Source: Takakia lepidozioides
Taxonomy: Eukaryota; Plantae; Bryophyta
DNA: 64,000 bases
Assembly (NCBI GenBank): GCA_030704615.1
Contig: CM060731.1
Span: 95,852,001 to 95,916,000, forward strand
Direction: 5' to 3'
This document shows positions 37,585 through 49,703 of this stretch, one piece after another. Both the position numbers and the translations under genes were made by a program. Below the pieces are notes generated by a model. The model searched no databases, was not told where the DNA came from, and saw only the letters and a program-made list of their open reading frames with translations. How positions within the stretch are numbered: the first letter of the stretch is position 1; every line of letters begins with the position of its first letter.

Positions 37585-39870
37585 ATGCTGCACCCAGCAT
37601 TTCCGTCCACCGAGACCTTCATTTCTTCAGAACGAATAACGGCACCGCAATCCTTTGGGCAGACTTTTCATACTGTTACCCTGAACCACCGGAACTGTAA
37701 TGCGGCACGGCATTTTCCGTCCGAGTCCGCCCTTCCGCATTTCCAGATTCGGAAATGCGGCGCCGCATTTCCGTTTTCAATCTGTGGCATGGAGCTGTGG
37801 GACCGAAATGCGGCACAGCATTTCCGTCCGGGGCACTTTATCATACTCTGTGCAGAACGGAAATTCGGCACCCTTCGCATTCCCGTTCTGAGTCAAAATC
37901 CCGTTATCCCCAGAACGGTAATGTGGCACCGCATTTCCGTTCCCAGTCCCGATGTCTTGTGAGCTGTTGGACCGAATGTGGCACAACAGTTCCGTCGTGG
38001 CAGTGTTTTTTTTATACTCTGTCGCACGGAAATTCGGTAACCTAATTCCGTTCCAAGGCCAAATCGTGATGCACCGAACTGTAATGCGGCACGCTTTCGT
38101 CCCAATCCCGGATCGGCCCGCCTTCGGACATTCCCAGATCGGAATGTGGGGCGCCGCATTTCCGTTTTGAATCTGTTGGCAGTGAGCTGTGGGGGGCCGG
38201 AATGCGGCACACAGTTCCGCATTTCCAGTCCGGCGGCAGTGGTTTCATACTGTCCCGCAACCGTAACTTGCGGCACCGCATTCCCGTCCTCAGTGAAAAT
38301 CGTGATCCACCCGAACTGTAATGCTGCAATGCGGCGCAATTTCCTTCTGAGTTCCGCCTTCGAACATTCCAGACTGGAAATGCGGCGTCCGCATTTCCGT
38401 TTTCAATTTGGTGGCATTCGGCGTGGGACGGAAATACAGCACCGCATCCCGCTTTGGGCAGACTTTCATACTGTTAAGAGGAATTGCGGCACCGCATTCC
38501 CATCCTCAGTGAAAATCGTGATCCACCGAACTGAAATTGCGCGAACCGCAATTCCTTCCGAGTCCCCGACAATCGGACATTCCAGACGGAAATGCCGGCG
38601 CGCATTTCCGTTTCAATCTTGGCAGTGAGCTGTGGACGGGAACTTCGGCACCGCATTTCCGTCCGGGGCAGTGTTTCCATACTGTGCCGAAGGAATTGCG
38701 GCACCGCATTTCCTTCCGAGTTCCGCCTTCGAACATTCCAGAATGGAATGCGGCGCCGCATTTCCGTTTTCAATTTGTGGCATGTAGCTGTGGGACGGAA
38801 ATACGGCACCGCAATTCCGCTTTGGCAGACTTTCATACTGTTAAGAACGGAATTGCGGCCCGCATTCCCATCCTCAGTGAAAATCGTGATGCACCGGAAC
38901 TGAAATGCGCGACCGCAATTCCTTCCGAGTCCCGCCATCGGACATTCCAGAACGGAAATGCGGCGCCGCATTTCCGTTTTCAATCTGTGGCAGTGAGCTG
39001 TGGGACGGGAATGCGGCACCGCATTTCCGTCCGGGGCAGTGTTTCATACTGTGCCGAAGGGAATTGCGGCACCGCATTCCCGTCCTGAGTGAAAATCGTG
39101 ATCCACCGGAACTGTAATGCGGCACCGCATTTCCTTCTGAGTTCCGCCTTCGAACATTCCAGAATGGAAATGCGGCGCTGCATTTCCGTTTTCAATTTGT
39201 GGCATGTAGCTGTGGGACGGAAATACAGCACCGCAATCCCGCTTTGGGCATACTTTCATACTGTTAAGAACGGAATTGCGGCACCGCATTCCCATCCTCA
39301 GTGAAAATCGTGATCCACCGGAACTGAAATGCGCGACCGCAATTCCTTCCGAGTCCTTGGCTTGCGGTCCCAATACAATGGTACACCCATCCTTTTCGGA
39401 TAGTAGAACTGTACTGCTGCCATTACCTCAGACTCTGGCCACAGAAAGGTCCGACATATTCCAGAACAGAAATGCGGCGCCGCATTTCCGTTTTCAATCT
39501 GTGGCAGTGAGCTGTGGGACGGGAGTGCGGCACCGCATTTCCGTTCGGGGCAATGTTTCATACTGTGCCGAAGGGAATTGCGGCACCGCATTCCCATCCT
39601 GAGTGAAAATCCTGATCCACTGGAACTGAAATGCGGGATCTCAATTCCTTCCGAGTCCCGCCATCGGACATTCCAGAACGGAAATGCGGTGCCGCATTTC
39701 CGTTTTCAATCTGTGGCATGGAGCTGCGGGGCGGAAATCTGGCACCGCATTTCCATCCGGGGCAGACTTTCATACTCTTCAGAATGAAATTTCCACTCTA
39801 ATTCATCTAGCGCTGGGACGGAAATGCCATGATATGTGAACACGTGGACAAACGGAATTGCGGCACTTGT
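37585..39870. repeat. Higher-order tandem array of palindromes GGAAATGCGGCGCCGCATTTCC (52-53 bp spacing, ~210-bp unit, alternating variants)
   Basis: Cores at 38700, 38752, 38805, 38857, 38909, 38962; spacers recur every fourth palindrome. Confidence 0.9.
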
Positions 39871-39932
39871 CTGCTCTCCATGTGTCTGAAGTGACAAGAG
39901 GCGGCGCGGCCTGACCGTTGGTTAATGTTCGT

Positions 39933-40432
39933 NNNNNNNNNNNNNNNNNNNNNNNNNNNNNNNNNNNNNNNNNNNNNNNNNNNNNNNNNNNNNNNNNNNN
40001 NNNNNNNNNNNNNNNNNNNNNNNNNNNNNNNNNNNNNNNNNNNNNNNNNNNNNNNNNNNNNNNNNNNNNNNNNNNNNNNNNNNNNNNNNNNNNNNNNNNN
40101 NNNNNNNNNNNNNNNNNNNNNNNNNNNNNNNNNNNNNNNNNNNNNNNNNNNNNNNNNNNNNNNNNNNNNNNNNNNNNNNNNNNNNNNNNNNNNNNNNNNN
40201 NNNNNNNNNNNNNNNNNNNNNNNNNNNNNNNNNNNNNNNNNNNNNNNNNNNNNNNNNNNNNNNNNNNNNNNNNNNNNNNNNNNNNNNNNNNNNNNNNNNN
40301 NNNNNNNNNNNNNNNNNNNNNNNNNNNNNNNNNNNNNNNNNNNNNNNNNNNNNNNNNNNNNNNNNNNNNNNNNNNNNNNNNNNNNNNNNNNNNNNNNNNN
40401 NNNNNNNNNNNNNNNNNNNNNNNNNNNNNNNN
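39933..40432. other. Assembly gap, 500 N
   Basis: Run of N; round length suggests a placeholder. Confidence 0.99.
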
Positions 40433-41139
40433 TTATAGTAGAGATGGTCGACAGAGGCCAATGCTTTTGCAGTTCGAATCCGAGCGCGTTCTTCTTCATA
40501 TGAGTGGTTGAGCCGGGTCCATAGCATGACTGCTTCAAACGAAGATAGCTCCATCCAGAATAGACAGATGTTGGAGAAGCTGAGGAGTCGACGCCAGTGA
40601 AGCTCTGGCGAGGTGCGAGTGTGTGTGGTGATCCGGTAACTGGCCCAGGCGTATGGAGAGGGCTGCGGGGGCGTGGTTGTCAAGTGGCGCAGGGGGGTCT
40701 TCTCGTTGAGGGCCTCGCTGGGCTTTGGTTGAGCAGGCCAGTGGCTTGTTGGGGGAGAAGGATATGTGGGTGTGCATAAGGGGTACTAGCTGGGCAGCAG
40801 TGAAAGTACCGTGGAGATGGTATAAGTTAAGAGTTCCATTTGTCCCTACAAGACGGGCCCATCGTGATAAGGCACAACGATGGGGGTTGGGTTACAAAGA
40901 ACTTAGAACTCCCTATAGCTGTCGCAGTGGTCAGAGAATCGTGTAGAGTGCGAAGCCAGACAAACGGGCTTTTAACCTTCGAGACTCCTCACCAGTGGTG
41001 GTGAGCTCACTCAGACTGAAGTCGGCGGGAGAGCAAACCACATGGAGAATGGAGGTTGGTGATCTCCTATGAAGGCACCAATTACTCAGGGTGGCGACTG
41101 TAGTCAAGGGCAAACGGTTTTTGTGTGTGAAAGTGAGTA

Positions 41140-41385
41140 CTTGGGAGAGGATGCACTGGCCAAGGTGACCAGATGCACACGTGATCAGCTGCTTCTTTGC
41201 GCTGCAGGCCGCACAGATGATGGTGTTCATGCCTGGGGTCAGGTGGCTCATTTTGTGACTCCATATTGCTTTGACCAGTTACAATTCTTGCATACATCCC
41301 TGAATGGCATTCTGCCCTATGACATTCGAGTACGAGGGGTGTCCACAGTGAGGGCAATGGCCTAAAACCTGCACGCTCTGCTCGG
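41140..41385 (+). pseudogene. truA: Fragment of tRNA pseudouridine synthase A (TruA family)
   Basis: [20 protein letters not shown]...[12 protein letters not shown]; the rest of the gene is absent. Confidence 0.85.
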
Positions 41386-42987
41386 CGTACCAATTGTGCA
41401 ACCACATTTCTGCCCTTGTATACGTAAAGCTGGAAGAAGCGGATGCCAGGACCTACTGATGCAACCTCTTCAACACTGCTGGTTGCCCAGGATGACAGGG
41501 TCATAACTGTGCCAGCAGCAGATACTGCTCTTGCAGTTGGCCAGCTCACCGTCAGGGTGAGCCATCCTCTGCACGGCAAGACTTGTCGAGCCTGGTTGCA
41601 AGGCTGAGACCATCGGAAGATTCACCTAATGAGGACGATGCTATTTCCGACGAAGCAAGTTAGAGAAAGACATTGACGGATCAAGAGAAGACAACCCTGA
41701 GACAGGCTGCGAAGCTAAAGCTGGAGGAGAGGAGAAAAGCTGCGGAATCGGAGACCAAAGGGGGTCCGTACCATTTGACTAATATTAGGGGAAGCAAAAG
41801 TAAAGTTGAAGACCGCAAGGAGAGTACGAGGCTGCAGGCCATGTCAAGAGAGAAATGGCGGACAATGCCGTGTAATCTTCCTGGAGAGAGAGAGAGGGTG
41901 CACAAGACGAAAGACTTTCAGAAAAAGGAGACCAACTAGAATTTGATGCTGAATCTAAAAAAGAGATGGTGGCAACATCAGACTCAAGCCAGCCACTGAG
42001 ATCAGCAGCGCGCTTGTTCCACAACACACGCGCATGTTACAATCAACAGCAAACGCAGGAACCGGAGCTCATCGACATAGACAAACGCATCAGTGCCGAG
42101 GGCTTTCTCCCCGTAATGGAATGGGCCGGGGACCCGCAAGCTCCAGCACAAAGTCCAGTGCTTCCCGCTGGTAATCCTCCTCAGTGAGTTTATCGTTAGC
42201 CACCAAGGCCTCGAACAGACTGTGAGTGACCCCTCGCCTATACATGGCGTCCATAAACATGTCTTTCCTCCCCTCTCTTGGTGCGCAAGCCTGCAAGCAA
42301 TCACGGAATGTTGACCACACTCTCTCACAGCACGGACACTACTGAGTGCCACAGTTCCCTCTCTCTCTCTCTCACTCTCGGTATGCAGAAGACTGGAGCA
42401 AGGTGTGAATTATAGGGCACGTGGCCAGGAACCTAGGAAACCATATAGAACGTAGGGAACCGGGAACCAGTTACCAGATAGTTTGGGTGTAACTTTAAAT
42501 TTTAAATTTGAAAACCTTAAAAAAAAAAAAAAAAAAAGGGCATTTTGATCTAATTTAAATGATTTAAAGCCAAATTGGTCATATCTTTGTCAAATGGACT
42601 CTGTTTGACCCAGTTTTTGGGGGATAGCTGCAGAAAGGGGATATCTACCTATCTAGACCTGGTTTTTGTTTTTGGGACTCTGCTAGAAATCTATGGAATT
42701 TTTAGAGTGTGAGTGTGCCATGAAAGATCCACAATCCTGTTTCTAGAACCTGTTCTGGTCTACATGAGAGATAAATCTGGGGATGTATCCTTGTATGGCT
42801 GGGGGAAATGAGGACGTAATTGAAGGGCAGGTCTCTTCTCTTAGCCTGTGCACACAAGGGGACAGGATTTATGTTTCCCAAGGAACTCAGACTGAGAACA
42901 GTTGGACGAGTTGATTGCATACTGGGAGTCAGGCATTAGCAGTAGACAACAGACTGCTGTAATGGCATTGAGGGCCTCAATATCGCC

Positions 42988-43533
42988 TTGGACAGTCAGA
43001 ACTCTGTTGGAGCCAGCAGTTCTGCAGCTGTAGGTGAAATACCAAAGTGGGTGAAAGCTAGGCTTGGAACACAGCCAAAGACAGCCCCGGGGACCAAGGT
43101 GTTCAGCCACAAGGCCGTGGTGTACTGGAGCAGAGGAGCAGGAGCTACACAAGTTTGTGCAATCAGACATGGTTGCAGCCGGATACGCTCTGCACAGGGC
43201 AACCACGAGCGGGGGTTCATTAGCAATGACATGTTTGTTGTGCGTGAAGGAGATGCAGTCATTCGCAATGAGGACACCCGCAACCGTCTCAAAGCTTTCG
43301 AGTTGAGAGACTATCAGACCCTACCTTTGTTTTCCTTAGTGTTCAGTGAGCGGGAGATAGGGGAGTATTGCTTTGTCTCTACCTGGCAGAAAGAGGAGGA
43401 GGGTTGGTTAGAGCGAGCTACTGTAGCTTGGGACAAGGTTAGTGGCAGGTTTCTGGACATAGATATACCTCCTACACCTTACCATCATGCAGAGCGAGGC
43501 ACTTTGAGAGAAGTCTGGCAGTTGATAGCATAG
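42988..43533 (+). CDS. Unknown ORF upstream of family B gag
   Basis: 181-aa open frame, non-ATG start, no motif recognised. Confidence 0.35.
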   Translation: MDSQNSVGASSSAAVGEIPKWVKARLGTQPKTAPGTKVFSHKAVVYWSRGAGATQVCAIRHGCSRIRSAQGNHERGFISNDMFVVREGDAVIRNEDTRNRLKAFELRDYQTLPLFSLVFSEREIGEYCFVSTWQKEEEGWLERATVAWDKVSGRFLDIDIPPTPYHHAERGTLREVWQLIA

Positions 43534-44018
43534 ATCAGGATTAGATCTTGCTTGGTCGGGCTTCTATTCTTCCCCTCCATCTCTGTACTATTTTCATTAC
43601 CTTGTACTTGTAGTTGCCAAAGCCTCTCTTGGTGGAGGCCAGTCAGTCCGGGGTTTTGGGCTGGGCTATTCTGCAGGATCAGCATTGCAGCTGGATTTTG
43701 GTGTGGGGGTGTTGATGTTTTGATTTCTTGTGTTTGGATCCCCCCCAACACCTGCATGCTTGACTGTGCGCATGTTGGTTTTGTGTGGGCGCTTGCTTTC
43801 ATAGGGATTAGGCCGGATTTGATCCCGGTCAATCCTAGAGTATGCTGTCGGTGGTGAGGCTGGAGTGATGACCAGCAAGACCACCAGTGTTTCTTCTATG
43901 GTGAGGCTGGGTTGATGACCAGCCAACCATAGGAGTTCTTGCGGTGGATGACCCTTAAACTGCAACAGGTGCCCACCCGTGTCACTATTAGATTAGTACT
44001 AGAGCCTTATAGTGTCAC

Positions 44019-45860
44019 GTGGAGGAGGTGCACATTGTGAGTGTCATTACGGAGTTACCCAAGGGTTTTGAGGGGAGTACGGCTACAGGCAGTAACAGTG
44101 AGAGTGGGTTCACAAGACGAGGTATTCGGTTCAGACCACCTTCACCGCCACCCTCAATTACTGTAGAGTCAGACACAGACTCGGAGGCTTCATCAACAGG
44201 TGTGCACTTTCATTCGCCATTGTTGTGGGACGACATGGAGGAGATGTATGGAGCTACCAAGGGGCCTCGTAGGTACTCTGGAGCTGTGGGCACAATCGAG
44301 TTGGATGACTTTATCCAGGAGTTCGACAGCTGGTGTGATTTGCAGCAGATGCGCAATCCACAGCTATTCACCCCATTCATGGCGTGGAAGGGACTGTTCC
44401 AGCATTTGGAAGGCCCGCCTATGGACGATTACCACGAGTTCAGGCGAGGACATGAAGCAGAGATTGAGGAGTGGAGGATGTATTGGTCACCTGACTACGT
44501 CTCCATTACTCGAGGCACGACGCGACCAGTAGCTGCATCAGTACCAATAGCTCCCCTGCCAGCACTAGTAGTGGAGCAAGTAGTGCTGGTACTTCTGCAG
44601 GTGGTACCAGTTCAAAAGGTGCTACTACTCCTCCTGCCACGACTACAACACATGTGCCTAGATTCAACCCGGTGGTGGAGTTCTTCCAAGAGTTGCGGAG
44701 GAACTACCAAGGTGTACGGACAGAGAAGCTGCGAAGTTTGCAAGACTTCCAGCGCAAACCCAGTGAGAGCCTGCGAGAGGCGTACACTCGTATGAGGCGC
44801 TTGATAAGTGTGACCCAAGGGGTTACTGAAGCTCAGGCAATCCAGTTTGGTATGGAATTCTGGACAAGGAGCTCAAGAGAAGGTGCGAGATGCAACCCTG
44901 TTACAAGCAGCCCAACCCACATTAGCAGATGTGTTTCTGCTGGCTGAGCGGATTGAGCTCAACATGGTGGAGGAGCGAGTTGTTACAATTGGATTTGGCA
45001 AGGACATGCCTGCACGGGCACAGCTGTCAGCCCACAGGCACAAGGGACTGCCCAACAGCGTGGTCAGGGGGGCAAGGTTGCCCAGCCCAAGTTCCATGGA
45101 GCTTACAGGGGACCTCAGGTGCAGAGGCCCGTGGCATCTTTTGCAGGCCAACAGCAACCAGGGGTGATATGTTGGACATGTGGAGGACCCCATGTCAAGA
45201 GAGATTGCCCAGAGAGTGGCAAAAGGCCGGCACAAGCACAGCCTGCACAGTTGCAGTGTGGGCATTGTGGCAAGTATGGGCATGGAGATGCCCAGTGTTA
45301 TGACTTGCATCCTGAGTTGCGCCCAGGCCAGTTCCAAGGGAACAATGGTGGCCGGGGGCGAGGTGGACCAGCCCAAAGAGGACGAGGTGGTCGGGCACGA
45401 GGTGCAGGCCAAGGGCAAGCTCCACATGGCCAAGGACGCGGAGGTCAGGGTGTTGACCAAGGCATGGCCAATCGGCTTCAGCAGCTAGAGCAGAGGCTCG
45501 CTGCCATGGCTATAGCTCAGGCGGGCGGTACCGGCTCCCTAGGCGGGATGGTCCACCTCCTGCTCCTGAGGGAGGAGATATGGGAGGCATGGGATTCATG
45601 TGCGGAGCAGCACTACCACTAGAGCAGGTGGAGTCTGCTGCAGCCGTGACTCGAGGAGCAGCACGAGTTCCTGAGCCACGAGGTGCAGAGGTGGAATTGG
45701 ATCCACAGCGTGGGGAGGCAAGCCGTCAGGCGAGGCTTCCTCAGTCATTCACATTGGCGGAGACTGTGTCGACGCCATCCATGGCACCTAGTTCTCGCCC
45801 GACTGTTACCGAGGCGGAGGTTACTATGCCATTGGGGAGAGCTACACGTGCACACTGACA
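44019..45860 (+). CDS. gag: Family B gag, frameshifted
   Basis: LQDFQRKPSESLREAY; knuckles CWTCGGPHVKRDC and CGHCGKYGHGDAQC; RGG-rich tail. Confidence 0.85.
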
Positions 45861-46159
45861 CCTGCTACCAAGGCTAGTGCAGCCGGTGTGTTATTGGGGG
45901 CAGCCACCTCTGTGTGTCAAGCCCCACTGTTCTCGGCAACCATGATTGCGACGCCGGGGGTAAGACCAGCTGCAGTGTTCAGACTAGCAGCAACACTCTG
46001 TGAGAGTGGGGAGGTCACTTCATCTTCTGCGGAGTTAGTGGAAGGTGTAGTGGCAGAGGGATCCTCGGATTTGAGGGTCAAGACTGCCACGGCTGCGCCC
46101 TGGCAAGCTGCAGCTGCCAGGTTGACGGAGCTGCCAGCTAGGCCAGCCTTTGAGCGCGC

Positions 46160-46625
46160 CATGGTGACACCTGGAGTTGTCTTGTTAGACAACCAGGGAG
46201 GCATTTTCACTTTGAGTGGACCGGCAGGCAAGAAGTACCGGCCACTGCGGGTCTTGTTGGACTCGGGAGCTCAGCCACTGATGTTGGGCAGAGCTGCTAT
46301 TGCAGGTTTGGGCCTCATGGAGGCGGATATGGAGCCTTGTCCTTTCCAGATACAGACATCTCTGGGAGGATCAGAGCAGGCTCGGGGCATGACACGGCAT
46401 CAGTTGGCCATTAGACTGCAGCCGGATCATCCTATCGATGGCTCAGTAATGCGAGCCAAGGCCATTGTGACAGACGCGGTCTCTTACGATGTCCTCGTTG
46501 GTGGGGCAGTGTTATACCCCATGGGCTTCACCCTGGACTTTTGGGAGGAGTCAGCATCCTACAGGCCTGGATGGCAGTCAGGCGATGGTCGCCGTGCACA
46601 GCTCCCTGTGACATTCATTGGGGGT
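46160..46625 (+). CDS. Family B aspartic protease, in frame with DNMT motif I
   Basis: VLLDSGA at 46251-46271; ORF 45888-47228 continues into ICLLDLFGGISTG. Confidence 0.9.
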
Positions 46626-46973
46626 ATAGCGGCTGCCCAGCGGGGCAAGATGCCAACACTAGCCGCCTTTACAGCTGCAGTTAGTTGGCCTGGAGAGTTG
46701 CTGGAAGGCAATGCCCATGCAGAGGATGTGCCACCTCCAGCAGAGCAGGATGACATGCATGGTATGGCGGAGTTGCCTGCCATGGTTGCTCACACTCCAT
46801 TGTGGGGTACGAGCAAGGATTTGCAGCAGGTTGCTGATCGACGGGTGCAACAAGCATGGGTAGAGGCTTTTGTACCGTCAGGAGAGGAGGAGAGTGCGGG
46901 TATTGCACCAGGACCACCTCAGTTGTCACCATTGGATACCACACCTATTGTGTGGCAGTATCCGGATGAAGGC

Positions 46974-47900
46974 ATTTGCCTTCTGGACTTGTTTGGCGGG
47001 ATCAGCACCGGATTGGCTGCTGTGCTACAGGCAGGTGTGCGGGTAAGGCGTTACCTGTATGTGGAGAGGGATGAGACTGCACGACGCGTCTCACTGCGCC
47101 ATGTTGCTCAGTTGGTACAGCAGTACCCTGCTTGTTGCCAGTGTCTGCAGTTCGTGGATACCAACAAGCCTTGCCAGCAGACATTTCGTTGCTGGGGGCA
47201 CGGATTTGGAGCAGGTTGGCTCCATTGATCTGGTAGTGGCAGGTTGGCCCTGCCAAGGGCATTCATCAGCCGGGCATGGCAATGGATTGCGAGACTCGAG
47301 GACGGGTCTGTTTTGGGAGATGGTGCGGATTTTGCGCCACTTGCAGCTTCATCAAGCTGTATCGCCAGCATACATCTTGGAGAATGTGCCACTGATGGGC
47401 GATTCTCGGGCCAGGGTGATGGCCAGTGTGCATCAAGTCCGGTCGTGGCTTGGGTCAGCAGTGCTGCTGGATGCAGCTGCAGTGGGTCACGGGCTCATCG
47501 TCCACGGCTGTGGTGGACTAACTTGATGCCACCCGCACTGCTCAAGCGTGCATTTGATGGGGTGCAGCGGCCAGCACACCTCACCGTGGATGGCATTTTG
47601 GACACAGGGAGGCAGTCTCAACGTGTGAGACACGATGACCGTTCGCCTTTGGCAGTGGTCAACAGGGTGGGTCAACCACGAGCAACATTACCTACACTGC
47701 TCAGCTTCCCAGGATCCCATGCTTTTCGGGATGGTGGACCTGGCCTCCTGTGGGATGCTCAGTTGCAGCAGTTAGTGGAGCCTAATGCCGACGAGCGAGA
47801 GCGGGCTATGGGGTTTTCCACTGGGACCACGGCGGTGCCTTCTCTTTCTGAGGCATCACGGTCGTCAGGTGTTGGGGCAAGCAATGGATCTCAATTGCTT
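46974..47900 (+). CDS. C5 cytosine DNA methyltransferase domain, canonical motif order
   Basis: LDLFGGISTG (I), YVERD (II), IDLVVAGWPCQG (IV, catalytic Cys at 47251), ILENV (VI), RAHRPRLWWTNL (VIII), ERERAMGF (IX), RQVLGQAMD (X). Confidence 0.95.
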
Positions 47901-48216
47901 GACCTGGATTATCAGCTTGGCTATGGCTGAGCAACGTAGAGTGCGGAGTGCACTCCCCTTCATGGTCTCTCTGCCTACCGAGACGGTACAGGCAGCGAGT
48001 GGGGGCGAGCCGGTGAGGACCACGGGGTGTAGACATCCATGGCACACGTGGGAGGTGCTCGAGGTTCAGAGGGAGTTGGCAGCCAAGGCAGCTGTGATGG
48101 ATGAGGTTGGGGATTCTTCTCGGGTTGAGGAGGTTCTCAATGATGAGATGATGGGGCAGGATGAGGCCTTGTCATTGACTGAGCAGGAAGGGAGTACTGC
48201 TCAAGAGGTTGCAGCA

Positions 48217-48225
48217 TAGCAACCA
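48217..48225 (+). promoter_or_regulatory. Putative stop-codon readthrough signal TAG-CAA-CCA
   Basis: Matches UAG-CAR-YYA; in frame with RT; identical in copy 1 (7871-7879, minus). Confidence 0.7.
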
Positions 48226-49703
48226 CGGGACGCGTCCTCTACCTCTAAGCCCACTGGACTTAAGGTTGCAGTTACGGAGGACAATTGGGAGCCTGACATT
48301 GGACCCATTGTCACCGGAGGAGAGAGACGACGTATACGGCGGTTCCTGAGGGCTTACAGGAATTGCTTTGCCTTCAGTTTGAAGGACTTGGGAGCACTGA
48401 AGGGTCAAGAGATCCGTATTGAGTTGGCCACTGACACGCCAATCTTTCGGAGACCCTATAGATACAGTGACATGGAGAGGTCTTTGATTCAGATGAGGAC
48501 TCAAGATCTCTGGGAGGCAGGTTTGGTGGAGCTCTCTGGTGGAGAGTATGCTTCAGCCACAGTGATGCCAGCTAAGAAGGATGTCTATGGCAATTGGACG
48601 GAGAGACGTATGTGCGGTGATTACCGGCCTGTAAATCGTCAGACCAAGTCCGATAGGTATGCCATGCCAACACCAGAGGAGATCTTTGATGCCATTGGGC
48701 ATTCCAAGGTCTTTAGCACGTTGGATTTACGATCCGGATATCACCAGTTGCCGATCAAGGAGGCGGATAAGCAAAAGACGGCATTCTGGGGGATCAATGA
48801 GCACGGGAAGGATTGCCTATACCAGTGGCGGTTCTTACCATTTGGGCTTAAAAACGCTCCCGCTGAGTTTCAAAGAGTCATGGACAGGATTCTAGCAGGG
48901 GTGGAGTTTGCTCGGTGCTACATAGATGACATCATCATCTTTAGTGCTACGGTGGAGGAGCATGAGAGACACCTTCAGGGGGTATTTGAGCGCTTAAGGA
49001 CGCACGGATTGAAGTTACATCCGGGCAAGTGCAAGTTTTTCCACAACCAGATTGAGTATCTGGGTCACATGATATATCCTGGAGGATTGGGGGTACAGCA
49101 GACTAAGGTAGAGTCCATTGCACAGGTTCCACGCCCCACGGATGTGAGCCGAGTTCGAGCTTTCATGGGGTTAGCAAACTATTACAGACGGTTTGTTAAG
49201 GGATTTAGTGCCATTGCAAAGGCTCTAACCAAGCTGACCAAGGTGGACCAGGAGTGGCAGTGGGAAGATGAGCAAGAACAAGCTTTTCAAGAGCTCAAGG
49301 CGAGGTTGACCTCGGCGCCCATCTTGAGACGACCTATCAGGGGGCGTCCTTTTCAGCTGCATACAGATTGGAGCATGCTGGGGCTTGGAGCGGTGCTCAC
49401 ACAGGTGGATGATGAGGGAAGAGAGTTGTAGTGGCTTATGCTAGCCGCTCGAACAATGCTGCAGAGTCTAAGTATAGCTCATATGAGGGAGAATGCTTAG
49501 CTGCAGTGTGGGCCGTGGCACACTTCAGGTGCTATCTATACGGCAATCTCTTCACCCTTGTCACGGATCACCAACCACTCAAGTGGTTGATGGAGTCAGA
49601 CAAGCTTACGGGGAAGCTTGCACGGTGGGCACTCATCCTTCAAGAGTATGACTTTCAGGTGGTGCATCGACCGGGTTGGTCAATCGCAATGCAGATGGGT
49701 TGA
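48220..49703 (+). CDS. Family B RT + RNase H
   Basis: [40 protein letters not shown]; one frameshift near 49428. Confidence 0.95.

Larger units (their letters stand above)
19637..39932 (-). mobile_element. Family D Mutator-like DNA transposon copy 1, interrupted by the full-length family C element; far end not seen before the gap
   Basis: CATGAGC-repeat terminus at 19637-19746 resumes after 32800; transposase ~33420-37022; palindromic array 37585-39870. Confidence 0.8.

Noticed and set aside
37585-39870. CRISPR-like palindromic repeats with spacers (also 3409-3962 and 52121-53420)
   Set aside because: Spacers recur periodically, repeats are degenerate, there are no cas genes and the context is eukaryotic
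39807-40683. Long ORFs of 192-253 aa
   Set aside because: Artefacts of translating the N gap
42520-42537. Poly(A) tail of a LINE or retrocopy
   Set aside because: No LINE ORF or TSD recognised; it sits in an AT-rich tract
46974-47900. Bacterial restriction-modification gene, contamination, or host DRM/CMT/MET1
   Set aside because: Fused in frame to a retroelement protease in two copies; no endonuclease; no UBA, BAH or chromo domains; motif order not permuted
49665-49682. Frameshift shared by both family B copies at HRPG/LVNRNADGLSR, as a programmed frameshift
   Set aside because: No slippery heptamer. One base is missing in a CCGGG / G-run context, like many other indels in the window, so a systematic long-read error or inherited lesion is more likely; short-read polishing would decide
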